Notes under the pieces: generated by a model | Database searches by the model: none | Seen by the model: only the letters and a program-made list of their open reading frames with translations | Told to the model about the DNA's origin: nothing | Shown here: piece after piece, positions 37,873-47,400 of the stretch | Numbering within the stretch: position 1 is the first letter of the stretch | How the letters are laid out: the number at the start of each line of letters is the position of its first letter | Made by a program: the position numbers and the translations under genes | Origin: Nitrososphaerota archaeon | Lineage (GTDB): Archaea > Thermoproteota > Nitrososphaeria > Nitrososphaerales > Nitrosopumilaceae | Direction: 5' to 3' | Length of the DNA stretch: 64,000 bases | NCBI GenBank assembly: GCA_028867755.1 | Contig: JAGWFT010000001.1 | Location: 1,092,727 to 1,156,726 of the forward strand

Positions 37873-40800
37873 TTTGCAACTTCTTGTGGCATGCTAGAAA
37901 TTCTATGTGACACAACATGTGAAACTCCATTTCTTGGAAAGACACCGTAAATCAATTTTGCTTTTTTCACTACAGAATCCTTCAATGACACCATGATAAT
38001 TTGACTTCCTCCAGACCTATCTTCAAGTATTTTGGATAGTCTTTCTGTATTTAGTGCATCCAGGTGAGCATCAACTTCATCAAGAAGATAGAACGGAGAG
38101 GGCTTTAGTTTCTGAAGAGCAAGTAGGAATGTAATTGCAGCAAGTGTTTTTTCTCCACCGCTGATTGATGTTGATTCACGCTTTGGTTTGTTTGGGAATT
38201 GTACCAGATATGAAATTCCAGATGAAAATATGTCATCTTCATTTTGAATCTCAAGCCAAGCATTACCTTCAGTCATCTTGTTGAATATCTCACGTATGTC
38301 TTTATCCACTTTATCATAAGATTCCAAAAATGTTTGTCTCTTGTCTTTGTCTATTTCTTCAATGAACTTTACAATAGAGTTCCTTTCAGATTCGAGTTCA
38401 TTTTTCCTAGTGGACATTGAACGATACCCATTTGAGATCTCAACATATGTCTCAGGAGCCCTTGTATTGAGAGAGCCTGACATTTTTTTCTTTTCAGACT
38501 CTAGTGCTACAAGGATTTGATCGACATCAAATGAATCAAGCATGGCATCATAGCCATATGAGAGAAGGGTTTTGTTAATTCTTTCTTCATTTTCACTAAG
38601 ATCTTTGATATCACGTAATATAGAATCAGATTGCCTTTCCATACTGTTGATTTCTTTTGTAAGTGTACGCTCAGATTCATCGAGAATCTTCAATTTGGCG
38701 TCATATTCTTTGAGTGTGGATACTGAAGTACCAGATGTCGATATCAACTGCTGCTCTTTTTCTCTTAATGACACAAGTAATGCATCAGCACTTTCTTTTT
38801 CCTTTGATAGTGCCCTTGACTGCACATCAAGATCGTGTTTTTCATGGTTTAGCGAGGATTGTTCTTCGGATAGACGACGCATGTTTGCCTTGTGCACACT
38901 TTCTTCATTGGTAAGCTCTGTCAATCTTGCAGTTAGTTCACGAAATTCAGTAGAAATAGTACTTTGTGCACTCAGCAAGGCCGCTCTTTTCTCATTTAAT
39001 GAGGAGATCATGTCAGCAATTCTTGCTTGTTCTTCTTCAGCATAGTTTTCTTTAGTTAGAGATATCCTCTCCTCTAAAGATGCGATATAGGACTCTGTCT
39101 TTGATAGCTCAACTAGAATAGTTTCTTCTCTGCGCCTGAGTTGCAAAATCCTTGATGAAATTTGCTCTAGTGATACAGATATTGTCTTAAATTTTGATTT
39201 AACGTCAGTAAGACTAAGGTCTACGTTTGCAAGCCCAGTCTCTGAAGAACCATACCTACTTTCCAGGCTTCTTGTTATCCTTTCAATTTTCTTTAGTTGG
39301 CCTTTCTTGTTTTGAATGAATTTCTTTAGCAATTCAAGTGATTGTACCAGTCCATCTACAGATGTACTAAGAAGAATTATCTTTGTAAGATTGGAAACTT
39401 TGGAGTTAATGTCCACAATCACAGCACTTGCATCTGCCTCAAAGAATTGACCGTCAAGCGTGACTGCTTTATGTCCTTTTTTTGATAGGGCATACGCTGC
39501 CTCTGTAGAAGAAGCAAGACCTATGCTTCCAAAGATAAAGTTCTTGAGAGACTCTAATCTTTGATCGCATTTTATAAAATCAGAGAGAACTCCAAATATT
39601 CCATCTTCTTGTTTTATTGTTGGCTTGAAATCTGATACGGCATCTAACGGAATAAGCCTAATTTTTGGGAGTTTCTTTTGCTGAGCAAATTCAGCTATAC
39701 CAAGAAGTGTGGCAAAGTCATTTACAACAAGAGCTTTTAGCCAGTCAGAACCAACAGATAAAATTGCTCTCTCATATTGTTTGTCCCAAGAAAGCAATTC
39801 GTAAACAAGGCCTTGGATTCCCAACCTCTTGGAATCCTCTTTTAGTTTTGCGATAGAATAGTCTTCATGCATCACATCTTTTACAACTTTTATTTTTGCT
39901 TCGTATTGTGCAGCAGCTTTGCTTGCTTTTTCAAAAATTATTGTAGTTTCTTCAACATCTTTTTCTATCTTCGCACGCTTGTCACGCAAATCTGATATTC
40001 TTGATTTTAATTCATGAATAACAGACTCGTGACCTTCTTGCACTTGCTTGAGTTTTTGTTCAAAATTGAGCAGTTTTTCTTTTTCATCTGATAATGCTTT
40101 TGCCCTCAGTGAGTTTTGATCAACTTTACTTTGAATGTCTAAATGTTCTTGTTCTAACTTTGAGCTGGAAAGTTTTGCTTCACTTAGTGTAGCGGTAAGA
40201 TTTCTTACTTTTTCATCAACTTTTAGCTTGTTACTTGTAACCTGAGATTGTTGCTTTAAAGTTTGATTGATCTCAGAGTCAACAGACGTAAGATCAGTGT
40301 TAGTACTCTTTTTTGATTCGTTAACAGCGTTAATAGAATTTTTCAATTCTAAGACTTGAGATTCTAAAATAGAACGCTTTTCGTGCAGTCCTGTCAGTTC
40401 AGTTTGAATTTCTGGCAACCTGGTCTCTATTTGTGCAGTTCTCCTTGCATCTGTAGCCAACTTGCTATTTGCCGCTTCTGATTGGTGCATTGCAACAGAA
40501 AGTTCAGAGTCAATTGAGGCCTTTGCAATATTATACGCATTGACTTCTTCCATGAATTTTTGTTTCTCTTCTTCGAGTTTTTTTATCTCATCTCTTAACT
40601 GGACACGTTGTTCGTCAAGTTTTTTAGATTCAGACTGGATAGCGTTAAAACTTCGTTCTTTTGACACTTTTTGAGTATCAATGTCTCTAAGCTTGTTTGA
40701 GGCCTGAATGGCATAGAGTCTCTTTAGTTCACGGTCTAGAAAGTCATATCTTAGTTGGCTGTTTCTTTCCTCTTCGAGCTCATCAATACGCTTCTTAATC

Positions 40801-41396
40801 TCATCCATTCTTGCCAGTGCAATCTCCAGTCTTCTATCGGCCTCATCTAGTTGCTTTAACGCCTCTGTCTTTTTCTCGTCAAAATAGGCAAGCCCTATAA
40901 TATCTTCTATTATTCGTCTTCGCTCTTCTGCATTAAATTCGGAGATTCTAGTGATTGTACCCTGTTGTACAATATTCAATTTGTGAATACCGCAATTTGC
41001 TATCTCCAAAAGATCTAAAATATGGTTTCTTAGCACCTTTTTTTGGTTCAAATAATAGATATTTTCCCCTGATTCGTCCATCTCTCTTGTGATTGTTACA
41101 GTGTTAGAGTCAACTGGTATCTTTCGATCAAAATTATCAAAGTGACAGCTAACTCGTGCTATCTTTGCACCATGGTGTGCATTATCTACATCATGTAATA
41201 GCGAACGTAATTTGTCTACTCTCATAACCTTTGGTGCATTTTCACCTAGAGCAAACGAGATTGCATCAAGAATGTTGCTTTTGCCAGATCCGTTGGCACC
41301 AGAAATAGCTACAAGACCGGGTTCAAAGTTAACTATACTGTTTTTGTACCCAAATGATTTGAATCCAAAGATCTCCAGCTTGCGTATATGAACCAA
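37869..41396 (-). CDS. smc: Chromosome segregation protein SMC
   Basis: Walker A GANGSGKS, long coiled coils with a hinge, ISGGEKT signature, LLDEVDAHLD. Confidence 0.95.
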   Translation of the reverse strand: MVHIRKLEIFGFKSFGYKNSIVNFEPGLVAISGANGSGKSNILDAISFALGENAPKVMRVDKLRSLLHDVDNAHHGAKIARVSCHFDNFDRKIPVDSNTVTITREMDESGENIYYLNQKKVLRNHILDLLEIANCGIHKLNIVQQGTITRISEFNAEERRRIIEDIIGLAYFDEKKTEALKQLDEADRRLEIALARMDEIKKRIDELEEERNSQLRYDFLDRELKRLYAIQASNKLRDIDTQKVSKERSFNAIQSESKKLDEQRVQLRDEIKKLEEEKQKFMEEVNAYNIAKASIDSELSVAMHQSEAANSKLATDARRTAQIETRLPEIQTELTGLHEKRSILESQVLELKNSINAVNESKKSTNTDLTSVDSEINQTLKQQSQVTSNKLKVDEKVRNLTATLSEAKLSSSKLEQEHLDIQSKVDQNSLRAKALSDEKEKLLNFEQKLKQVQEGHESVIHELKSRISDLRDKRAKIEKDVEETTIIFEKASKAAAQYEAKIKVVKDVMHEDYSIAKLKEDSKRLGIQGLVYELLSWDKQYERAILSVGSDWLKALVVNDFATLLGIAEFAQQKKLPKIRLIPLDAVSDFKPTIKQEDGIFGVLSDFIKCDQRLESLKNFIFGSIGLASSTEAAYALSKKGHKAVTLDGQFFEADASAVIVDINSKVSNLTKIILLSTSVDGLVQSLELLKKFIQNKKGQLKKIERITRSLESRYGSSETGLANVDLSLTDVKSKFKTISVSLEQISSRILQLRRREETILVELSKTESYIASLEERISLTKENYAEEEQARIADMISSLNEKRAALLSAQSTISTEFRELTARLTELTNEESVHKANMRRLSEEQSSLNHEKHDLDVQSRALSKEKESADALLVSLREKEQQLISTSGTSVSTLKEYDAKLKILDESERTLTKEINSMERQSDSILRDIKDLSENEERINKTLLSYGYDAMLDSFDVDQILVALESEKKKMSGSLNTRAPETYVEISNGYRSMSTRKNELESERNSIVKFIEEIDKDKRQTFLESYDKVDKDIREIFNKMTEGNAWLEIQNEDDIFSSGISYLVQFPNKPKRESTSISGGEKTLAAITFLLALQKLKPSPFYLLDEVDAHLDALNTERLSKILEDRSGGSQIIMVSLKDSVVKKAKLIYGVFPRNGVSHVVSHRISSMPQEVAN

Positions 41397-41477
41397 TGAA
41401 ATCGGTGGTTTGACATCTGAAATAACAGATTATTGACAAGTTTCATTGACTAGGCTAACAATAATTACAATGTGTGT

Positions 41478-42545
41478 CTATTTGTCACGTTTGCCTTCAA
41501 CAAACTCTGTGAAGGCTTTCTTTGCATCAGTGTACGGCATCTGTATTGGAGGATGCTTGAAGCAGTAAGATGAGATGCTAGTCATAGGACCTGAGAGATT
41601 TCTATCTAATGCTATCTTTAGCCCACGTATAGCATCAATCATTATTCCTGCACTGTTATACGCATCAATTACCTTAAGCTTTAGATCTAGTTTAATTGGG
41701 ATTTTACCAAAGTATTTGCCTTCTATGTTGATATAACAGATTTTTTCATTATCAATAAAGTCAACATAATCGCTTGGTCCTATTCTCATTGGAATATCAT
41801 AATCAGCCATTGCCTTTACTGCACTTGTCTTGCTTATTCTCTTGTCCTCAAGTCTCTCCTCATCGAGCATGTTGAAAAAGTCCATATCGCCTCCAATGTT
41901 CAATTGATATGTGCCGTCGATGAGTACACCTCTATCTACGAAAAGCTTTACAAGCGTTTTATGTACTACAGTAGCTCCAAGTTGACTCATCACGTCATCT
42001 CCAGCTAGAGGGAGTTTCTTTTCTGCATACATTTGCTGCCATTTTGGTTCTGATGCGATAAACACAGGAATTGCGTTAAGAAACCCGATACCTGCCTCAA
42101 GAGCTTGACTTGCATAGTTTCGTACTGCTTCTGTGCTTCCAACCGGAAGATAGTTGACAAGCATCTCTGCACCTGTATCTTGTAATACTTTTTTGACATT
42201 AACCTCAGGCTCTGGGGAAGGCGTTACTATACGGCTTAGATGTCTTCCTAGACCGTCTTTTGTAGGTCCACGCTGTACAGTTATCCCGGTACGAGGAACC
42301 TCTGCAACTGTAATAGTATTATTTGGTCTTGCGTATATTGCCTCAGAGATGTCCTTTCCAACCTTTGTATCTGCCACATCAAATGCTGCCACGACTTCAA
42401 TATCTCCTGGCTCATACCCCCCCAAGTTGTAAGCAGTCAATCCTACAATATCATTAGGGTTATCTGAATAGTATTTTGAACCTTGAATAAGTGCAGAAGC
42501 ACAATTGCCTACACCGGCTATAGCAATCTTGATCTTCTTTCCCAA
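41478..42545 (-). CDS. ino1: Myo-inositol-1-phosphate synthase
   Basis: GVGNCASAL, NYLPVGS, GDDVMSQLGAT, QLNIGGDMDF, NSAG. Confidence 0.93.
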   Translation of the reverse strand: MGKKIKIAIAGVGNCASALIQGSKYYSDNPNDIVGLTAYNLGGYEPGDIEVVAAFDVADTKVGKDISEAIYARPNNTITVAEVPRTGITVQRGPTKDGLGRHLSRIVTPSPEPEVNVKKVLQDTGAEMLVNYLPVGSTEAVRNYASQALEAGIGFLNAIPVFIASEPKWQQMYAEKKLPLAGDDVMSQLGATVVHKTLVKLFVDRGVLIDGTYQLNIGGDMDFFNMLDEERLEDKRISKTSAVKAMADYDIPMRIGPSDYVDFIDNEKICYINIEGKYFGKIPIKLDLKLKVIDAYNSAGIMIDAIRGLKIALDRNLSGPMTSISSYCFKHPPIQMPYTDAKKAFTEFVEGKRDK

Positions 42546-42672
42546 CTTGACCGACAGCTACCAAATTATACCTACATATTAATTACTTGCCATTCATAAG
42601 AGCAGTAGATTTCATATCTCAAACTTGATTCCAGTCATTATCTATTTCTATATTCTAGACTATTTTCCAAAA

Positions 42673-43398
42673 TTAAATAGTATAGATATTTTTTTGATAA
42701 ATCTCTTTGAACCCTTGTTTCAAGTAGAAATTAACCAATTCGTCTTTACGATATGTTTCAAGCATCAACAATTCCAAGTTTCGTTTCTTTACTTCACTTA
42801 GAGCAAAGTCAATTAGAGACATGGCAAGGCCCCTCTTTCTCATACTTGGAATTGTTCCAAGACAATAAAGCCCCAACATTGAATCTTTTTCATATAATGC
42901 CACGCAAGAACTAGCTGATTCATCAACATAGTACTCTATTGACTGGATGGATTTTTTTACTATCTTATCCACAGATGTGACCCAATCTTGACAATCATAT
43001 GCATCACAGAATGTTTTTGACCACAACATAGATTCATCGCTAGATATCATATGAATTTTTGTTGCTTTTGTAGAGTTGGGTGTTTTTACAAGCACGTGTT
43101 GAACATCGTAAAGTTTGAAATTTTTTTTGAGTAATTTGTCTTCAAGATCTGCATAATTTAATGTGTAGATATATGGGGCTGTACCATATTTGGCAAAAAG
43201 TGCCAACGCATCGTCTATCATTTTGTCGTTGATGCATGATATGTTTGTGAGCTTGTCAAAAAAGACATCATTTGTGAGATCTTGATTGAAAAACAATGTA
43301 CCACACTGAAGAGGTATAGAATTTGTCAACAGACCAGTAAAATCAAGGTCTATACCTTCTAGTCGTGATATTAGGTTGTTATTCCCAGTACCTGACAT
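42673..43398 (-). CDS. GNAT acetyltransferase (intact C-terminal domain, possible degenerate N-terminal domain)
   Basis: LGTIPSMRKRGLA acetyl-CoA motif A, FYLKQGF motif B; overlaps the upstream gene by 28 nt. Confidence 0.85.
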   Translation of the reverse strand: MSGTGNNNLISRLEGIDLDFTGLLTNSIPLQCGTLFFNQDLTNDVFFDKLTNISCINDKMIDDALALFAKYGTAPYIYTLNYADLEDKLLKKNFKLYDVQHVLVKTPNSTKATKIHMISSDESMLWSKTFCDAYDCQDWVTSVDKIVKKSIQSIEYYVDESASSCVALYEKDSMLGLYCLGTIPSMRKRGLAMSLIDFALSEVKKRNLELLMLETYRKDELVNFYLKQGFKEIYQKNIYTI

Positions 43399-44528
43399 AT
43401 TCGTTCAAAATCTCTGTAACTGATATTGCTTCCTGCAATTATCTGGGAGCAAATGTTTTCAAATATTTCAATTGCTTTTTGAGAATTAAGATCATCGTCT
43501 AATGCAGCAAGAAAATCATCTACTAATTTAGAAATTTCCGAGTCAGTTTTTTCTGATGTTTTTGTGCCGGCAAGATGGATTTTTTCTAAAAGCTGTTTTT
43601 TTTCAGCAATTTTATTTTCATCGAAATTCACATCCTTACGATAATGAGTAGAGAAAAGATAAAGACGCAATAGGTTTTGCCCATATTTTTGTATCAGATC
43701 TCTCGACCATACAACATTGCCAAGCGATTTGGACATTTTTTCACCATTTGAAAGAACAAGGCCTACATACATCCACGCTTTGACCGGATTTTCATCTGTT
43801 GAAAACATCTTGTATTGGGCTAAATGCGCTTCGTGATGTGGATATGCAAGCTCCCTTGCACCACCGTGAATGTCATAATTTGTACCAAAGTTTTCCAATG
43901 CAACAGTTGTATCTTGCATGTGCCACCATGGAATGCCTTTCCCAAATTTGCTTTTCCATGAAAAGTCAAAATCCTCAGAACAGTTCCATAACATTATGTC
44001 CTCCTGGTTTTTCTTGCTAGGCCCTATATCCAATCTATGAAGTTGGAGTTGAGCCCTAGACTGCTTAGATAACATACCGTAGGTGTTAATTTTTGAAGTG
44101 TCAAGATAGACATTTCCATTTGCATAATATGCAACTTTTTTATTCAACAATTCAGATATGTGACTCTCCATATAATCAACATAATCTGAAACGTATGCAA
44201 GTCGGTTTATGCTTTTGATGTTCAATAAATTTAGATCTTTTGCAAATTCTTGTGCATAGAATTTAGCAATTGTAGCATAGTCTTTTGATTCATCTTTTGC
44301 CTTGTTGAATACATTTTGATTGATATCTGTCATATTTACTAGTACATCAGTTCTGTATCCTCTTTCGTGTAAATGTCTGCACAAAAGGTCGTACGTAAGA
44401 AAAATTCTTGCATGTCCTAAATGAGTATAATCATACAAGGTAGGTCCACAGATGAATACACGTGCCATATTTTTCTGAAATGGTTCAAAAGTATCTATAA
44501 CTGAAGAAAATGAATTGAATATTCTCAT
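43371..44528 (-). CDS. CysRS paralogue lacking the anticodon domain (MshC-like architecture)
   Basis: CGPTLYDYTHLGH, DIHGG, PHHE, KMSKS, AALDDDLN; ends at 385 aa; WHIEC changed to WHMQD. Confidence 0.85.
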   Translation of the reverse strand: MRIFNSFSSVIDTFEPFQKNMARVFICGPTLYDYTHLGHARIFLTYDLLCRHLHERGYRTDVLVNMTDINQNVFNKAKDESKDYATIAKFYAQEFAKDLNLLNIKSINRLAYVSDYVDYMESHISELLNKKVAYYANGNVYLDTSKINTYGMLSKQSRAQLQLHRLDIGPSKKNQEDIMLWNCSEDFDFSWKSKFGKGIPWWHMQDTTVALENFGTNYDIHGGARELAYPHHEAHLAQYKMFSTDENPVKAWMYVGLVLSNGEKMSKSLGNVVWSRDLIQKYGQNLLRLYLFSTHYRKDVNFDENKIAEKKQLLEKIHLAGTKTSEKTDSEISKLVDDFLAALDDDLNSQKAIEIFENICSQIIAGSNISYRDFERICQVLGITT

Positions 44529-44538
44529 GGCGTAATTG

Positions 44539-44784
44539 CTATCTTCCGCCTTGAGATAATATTGGCGTTAGTGTTACAGTGGAACGAATCTTTGAGATTC
44601 TTCGTATCTTGTAAGTCACTATCTCTTCTAAAATGGCATTCGAGTCAGCTTGAATTTTGACAAGGATATCATATATCCCATATGTTCCTCTGACTTCTTT
44701 TACTTCTGGAATTTTTGCAAGTTCGCTTATGATTTGCGTTTCCGATCCCAAGTCGCAGTTTATGAGTATGTATAATGTTTCCAT
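44539..44784 (-). CDS. Lrp/AsnC ligand-binding (RAM) domain protein
   Basis: YILINC...V.EVRGTYGIYDILVKI...IRSTVTL; no HTH. Confidence 0.88.
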   Translation of the reverse strand: METLYILINCDLGSETQIISELAKIPEVKEVRGTYGIYDILVKIQADSNAILEEIVTYKIRRISKIRSTVTLTPILSQGGR

Positions 44785-44853
44785 GTACACCAATAATATT
44801 TGATGCATAAAATGATATCCATGATTTAAAAGGATGTAACGGCATGATATTTT

Positions 44854-45567
44854 GTGGATAACGAGATAACAATTAGAGAGTTAAAACCAATTAACATAGA
44901 AGGCGGATTTGTCATAGATGGTTTTCCTTATGCAGGACTTGCCAACGCAATAGCGACAGAATCTTTGATAAACACAACATCTCAATTCAAATTGGCAGGT
45001 GTTCTTGATTCAGAACTTTTTCCTCCAATTAGTATCATAAGAGATGAAACACCTAATTTTCCTGCAAGAATATTTGTAAATGAGGATCTCAAGGTTGCGG
45101 TATTTTCAGCATATTTAACACCCCATGAATCGCTTCACAGAGAGGTTGCAAGAACCATGTTAAAGTGGGCAAATGATCACAAATGTTCGCTCATAGTAAG
45201 CAGTGCAGCTGTAAAGGCTGAAGAAAAACCGTTTGTCATAGGAGTTGCAAGTACAGAAAATGCAAAGAAACGATTGACAGATTCAGAAATTCCAATACTT
45301 AAGAATGGTACTGTCCCCGGCATTCCCGGAATTTTGTTAAATGAAGGCTCCATCACAAACACCAACGTAATTGTTCTTTTATACAAAGGCCAAGAAAACG
45401 GGCCAGACTTTAGAGCAGGTGCAGAGATTTGTATGGCAATGTCAAAACTTGTCCCTGGTGCAGCATGTGATTTCCGAACCTTGATGAGCGAAGCAGAAAA
45501 CATAGAGCAAAACATGAAGCAGACAGAGCAAGAAGCAGGTCCACTACGAGATGCAATTTACGGATGA
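44854..45567 (+). CDS. PAC2-family (proteasome assembly chaperone-like) protein
   Basis: GFPYAGLAN, PPISII, GIPGILL, PDFRAG. Confidence 0.8.
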   Translation: MDNEITIRELKPINIEGGFVIDGFPYAGLANAIATESLINTTSQFKLAGVLDSELFPPISIIRDETPNFPARIFVNEDLKVAVFSAYLTPHESLHREVARTMLKWANDHKCSLIVSSAAVKAEEKPFVIGVASTENAKKRLTDSEIPILKNGTVPGIPGILLNEGSITNTNVIVLLYKGQENGPDFRAGAEICMAMSKLVPGAACDFRTLMSEAENIEQNMKQTEQEAGPLRDAIYG

Positions 45568-45812
45568 GCTACCAAGAACGAGAAATCTCAAAAGATAGCT
45601 TGCCAAAACAACTCAGAGTTTTAGATTCTGACGAAGGAGTAAGAATAGAGAGCGAAACAGGATTTATTTTTATCAACAAAACATCTAGACGATATTGTAT
45701 TGACATATCAAAGAATGGTTCTGACGAGTTTTTCTATATGAATAGTGTTGATGACGTACTGAGTTTTTTAACAAATAAGATGGACGCGTCATCAAAAATT
45801 TTCTCATACTAG
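45564..45812 (+). CDS. Small hypothetical protein
   Basis: 82-aa ORF translationally coupled to the PAC2 gene (ATGA overlap). Confidence 0.65.
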   Translation: MSYQEREISKDSLPKQLRVLDSDEGVRIESETGFIFINKTSRRYCIDISKNGSDEFFYMNSVDDVLSFLTNKMDASSKIFSY

Positions 45813-45831
45813 TTTACTGCAACATATCTAG

Positions 45832-46449
45832 ATGACACCAATACTAGAATTTGCATTGACTGTAATTACAATTTCAGTCTCTGGAGTCATGTCTCCAGGA
45901 CCTCTTTTTGCAGCAAATGTTGCATATGGTACAAGAGGTGGTTGGAAGACCGGAATTAGAATGGCATTTGGACATACAATAGTTGAACTTCCACTTGTGA
46001 TACTTCTTGGAATTGGTGCAATCTCACTTGTGGTCTTGCCACAATTCAGAGAATACACATCAATACTTGGTGCTATCAGTCTCTTTGTTTTTTCAGGACT
46101 GCAAATTAGAACTGCGATGATGAAATCTTCATCCAGTCAGTTACCAAAACATGGTCCATTTATCATGGGAATTTTGTTGAGTGCATTCAATCCGTTTTTC
46201 TTGATTTGGTGGTTCACAATAGGCTTTAAACTAATTTCAGATGCATTACTTTTGTACTCATTTATTGGAATAGGGATAATGTTTGGGCTCCACATATGGA
46301 TGGACTATGCATGGTTAGGTACGGTAGGATTTTTGTCTAGTCGCGGAAAAAAGATCCTCTCAACTAAAAACTACAAGATTTTCATGATTGCACTAAGTGG
46401 GGTTCTTGTCTATTTTGGAATAAATTTCTTGATTCAATCTTGGCATTAA
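45832..46449 (+). CDS. LysE-family translocator
   Basis: SPGP, GHTIVE, NPFFLIWW motifs; hydrophobic. Confidence 0.88.
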   Translation: MTPILEFALTVITISVSGVMSPGPLFAANVAYGTRGGWKTGIRMAFGHTIVELPLVILLGIGAISLVVLPQFREYTSILGAISLFVFSGLQIRTAMMKSSSSQLPKHGPFIMGILLSAFNPFFLIWWFTIGFKLISDALLLYSFIGIGIMFGLHIWMDYAWLGTVGFLSSRGKKILSTKNYKIFMIALSGVLVYFGINFLIQSWH

Positions 46450-46685
46450 CCACAATCAAGTATTTCCAAGCCACCTTTGCACTCATTGTCAAATTTCGAT
46501 ATCTTGTCATTTAATTGTGAACATAACTCAGGATCTTTTGTTTGATCATATTTTTTGAGATCAGAGTTGATATCAATTTGTTTTACAGGACAAGTATTAA
46601 CAAACCCGAGATGATACAATGCAACGATTACAGTTATGCCAACTAGTACTATTAGTATTGAGCGCTTTAGGAACTTGCTAACCAT
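46446..46685 (-). CDS. Small membrane-anchored Cys-containing protein
   Basis: N-terminal TM, four Cys; ATG at 46685 overlaps the alba stop. Confidence 0.6.
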   Translation of the reverse strand: MVSKFLKRSILIVLVGITVIVALYHLGFVNTCPVKQIDINSDLKKYDQTKDPELCSQLNDKISKFDNECKGGLEILDCG

Positions 46686-46965
46686 CTTCAGGTTTAGAAA
46701 CATCAACTTCAATTGTTGATACGTTTCTCTCTTTTCCATCTTTTGACTCCATCCTTTCGGAAAAAATTCTCACACCGCTGACTTTGTAGCCCACCGCATT
46801 CATTCTCTTAACTATCATTTGTGATACATCTACTGCTGCTGTTATGCTCTTTCCCCTTGCTTTTATTGTCACAGTAGGTTCATTTGCAAGTAGTGTTAAC
46901 GTGGCGTTCACGTATGTAAGAATTGGTTTTTTACCAATAAAGACAATATTTGGAGGTCTTGGCAC
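46678..46965 (-). CDS. albA: Chromatin protein Alba
   Basis: FIGKKP, IKARGKSITAAVDV, NVSTIEV. Confidence 0.92.
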   Translation of the reverse strand: MPRPPNIVFIGKKPILTYVNATLTLLANEPTVTIKARGKSITAAVDVSQMIVKRMNAVGYKVSGVRIFSERMESKDGKERNVSTIEVDVSKPEDG

Positions 46966-46989
46966 AGACCAACTCTTTTTGTGTTTTAT

Positions 46990-47244
46990 TTAATGGTTAA
47001 GATTCTTTTTTTCTATGTATTTTTCGAGAATATCATCCATATCTTCAGATTTGGATTGTTTTAGTTCATCAACAATTTCCTTTTCTTCGATTTCATAACA
47101 ATTTAAAAGATCATTTTTATCTTTGAAAAAAAGCATTGCCTTGTCTTGGTAAATACAGTAATACAGCTTGTCGACTTCCATTTTTTCTGGCTGCAGTTTG
47201 ATTCCTTCTTCTCCTATAGAAACTGGATAATCCACAATATTCAT
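46990..47244 (-). CDS. Small acidic hypothetical protein
   Basis: 84-aa ORF co-oriented with alba. Confidence 0.65.
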   Translation of the reverse strand: MNIVDYPVSIGEEGIKLQPEKMEVDKLYYCIYQDKAMLFFKDKNDLLNCYEIEEKEIVDELKQSKSEDMDDILEKYIEKKNLNH

Positions 47245-47400
47245 TGAAAAAGACGATATTTAGATGTAATTTGAAGAATTTGCCAAAAAGAAAGGTCATA
47301 AATGCGTGAGACAAAGCAAAAGGCAAATTAATTCATTTAATGTTTACTGTAAAATTATCTTACAATAACGTAATAAATAAAATAGAATAATAAAAAATCC

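Noticed and set aside
37869-41396. SMC as part of a Wadjet/MksBEF-type defence system
   Set aside because: Canonical full-length SMC with a hinge, flanked by housekeeping genes, with no jet/mks partners.
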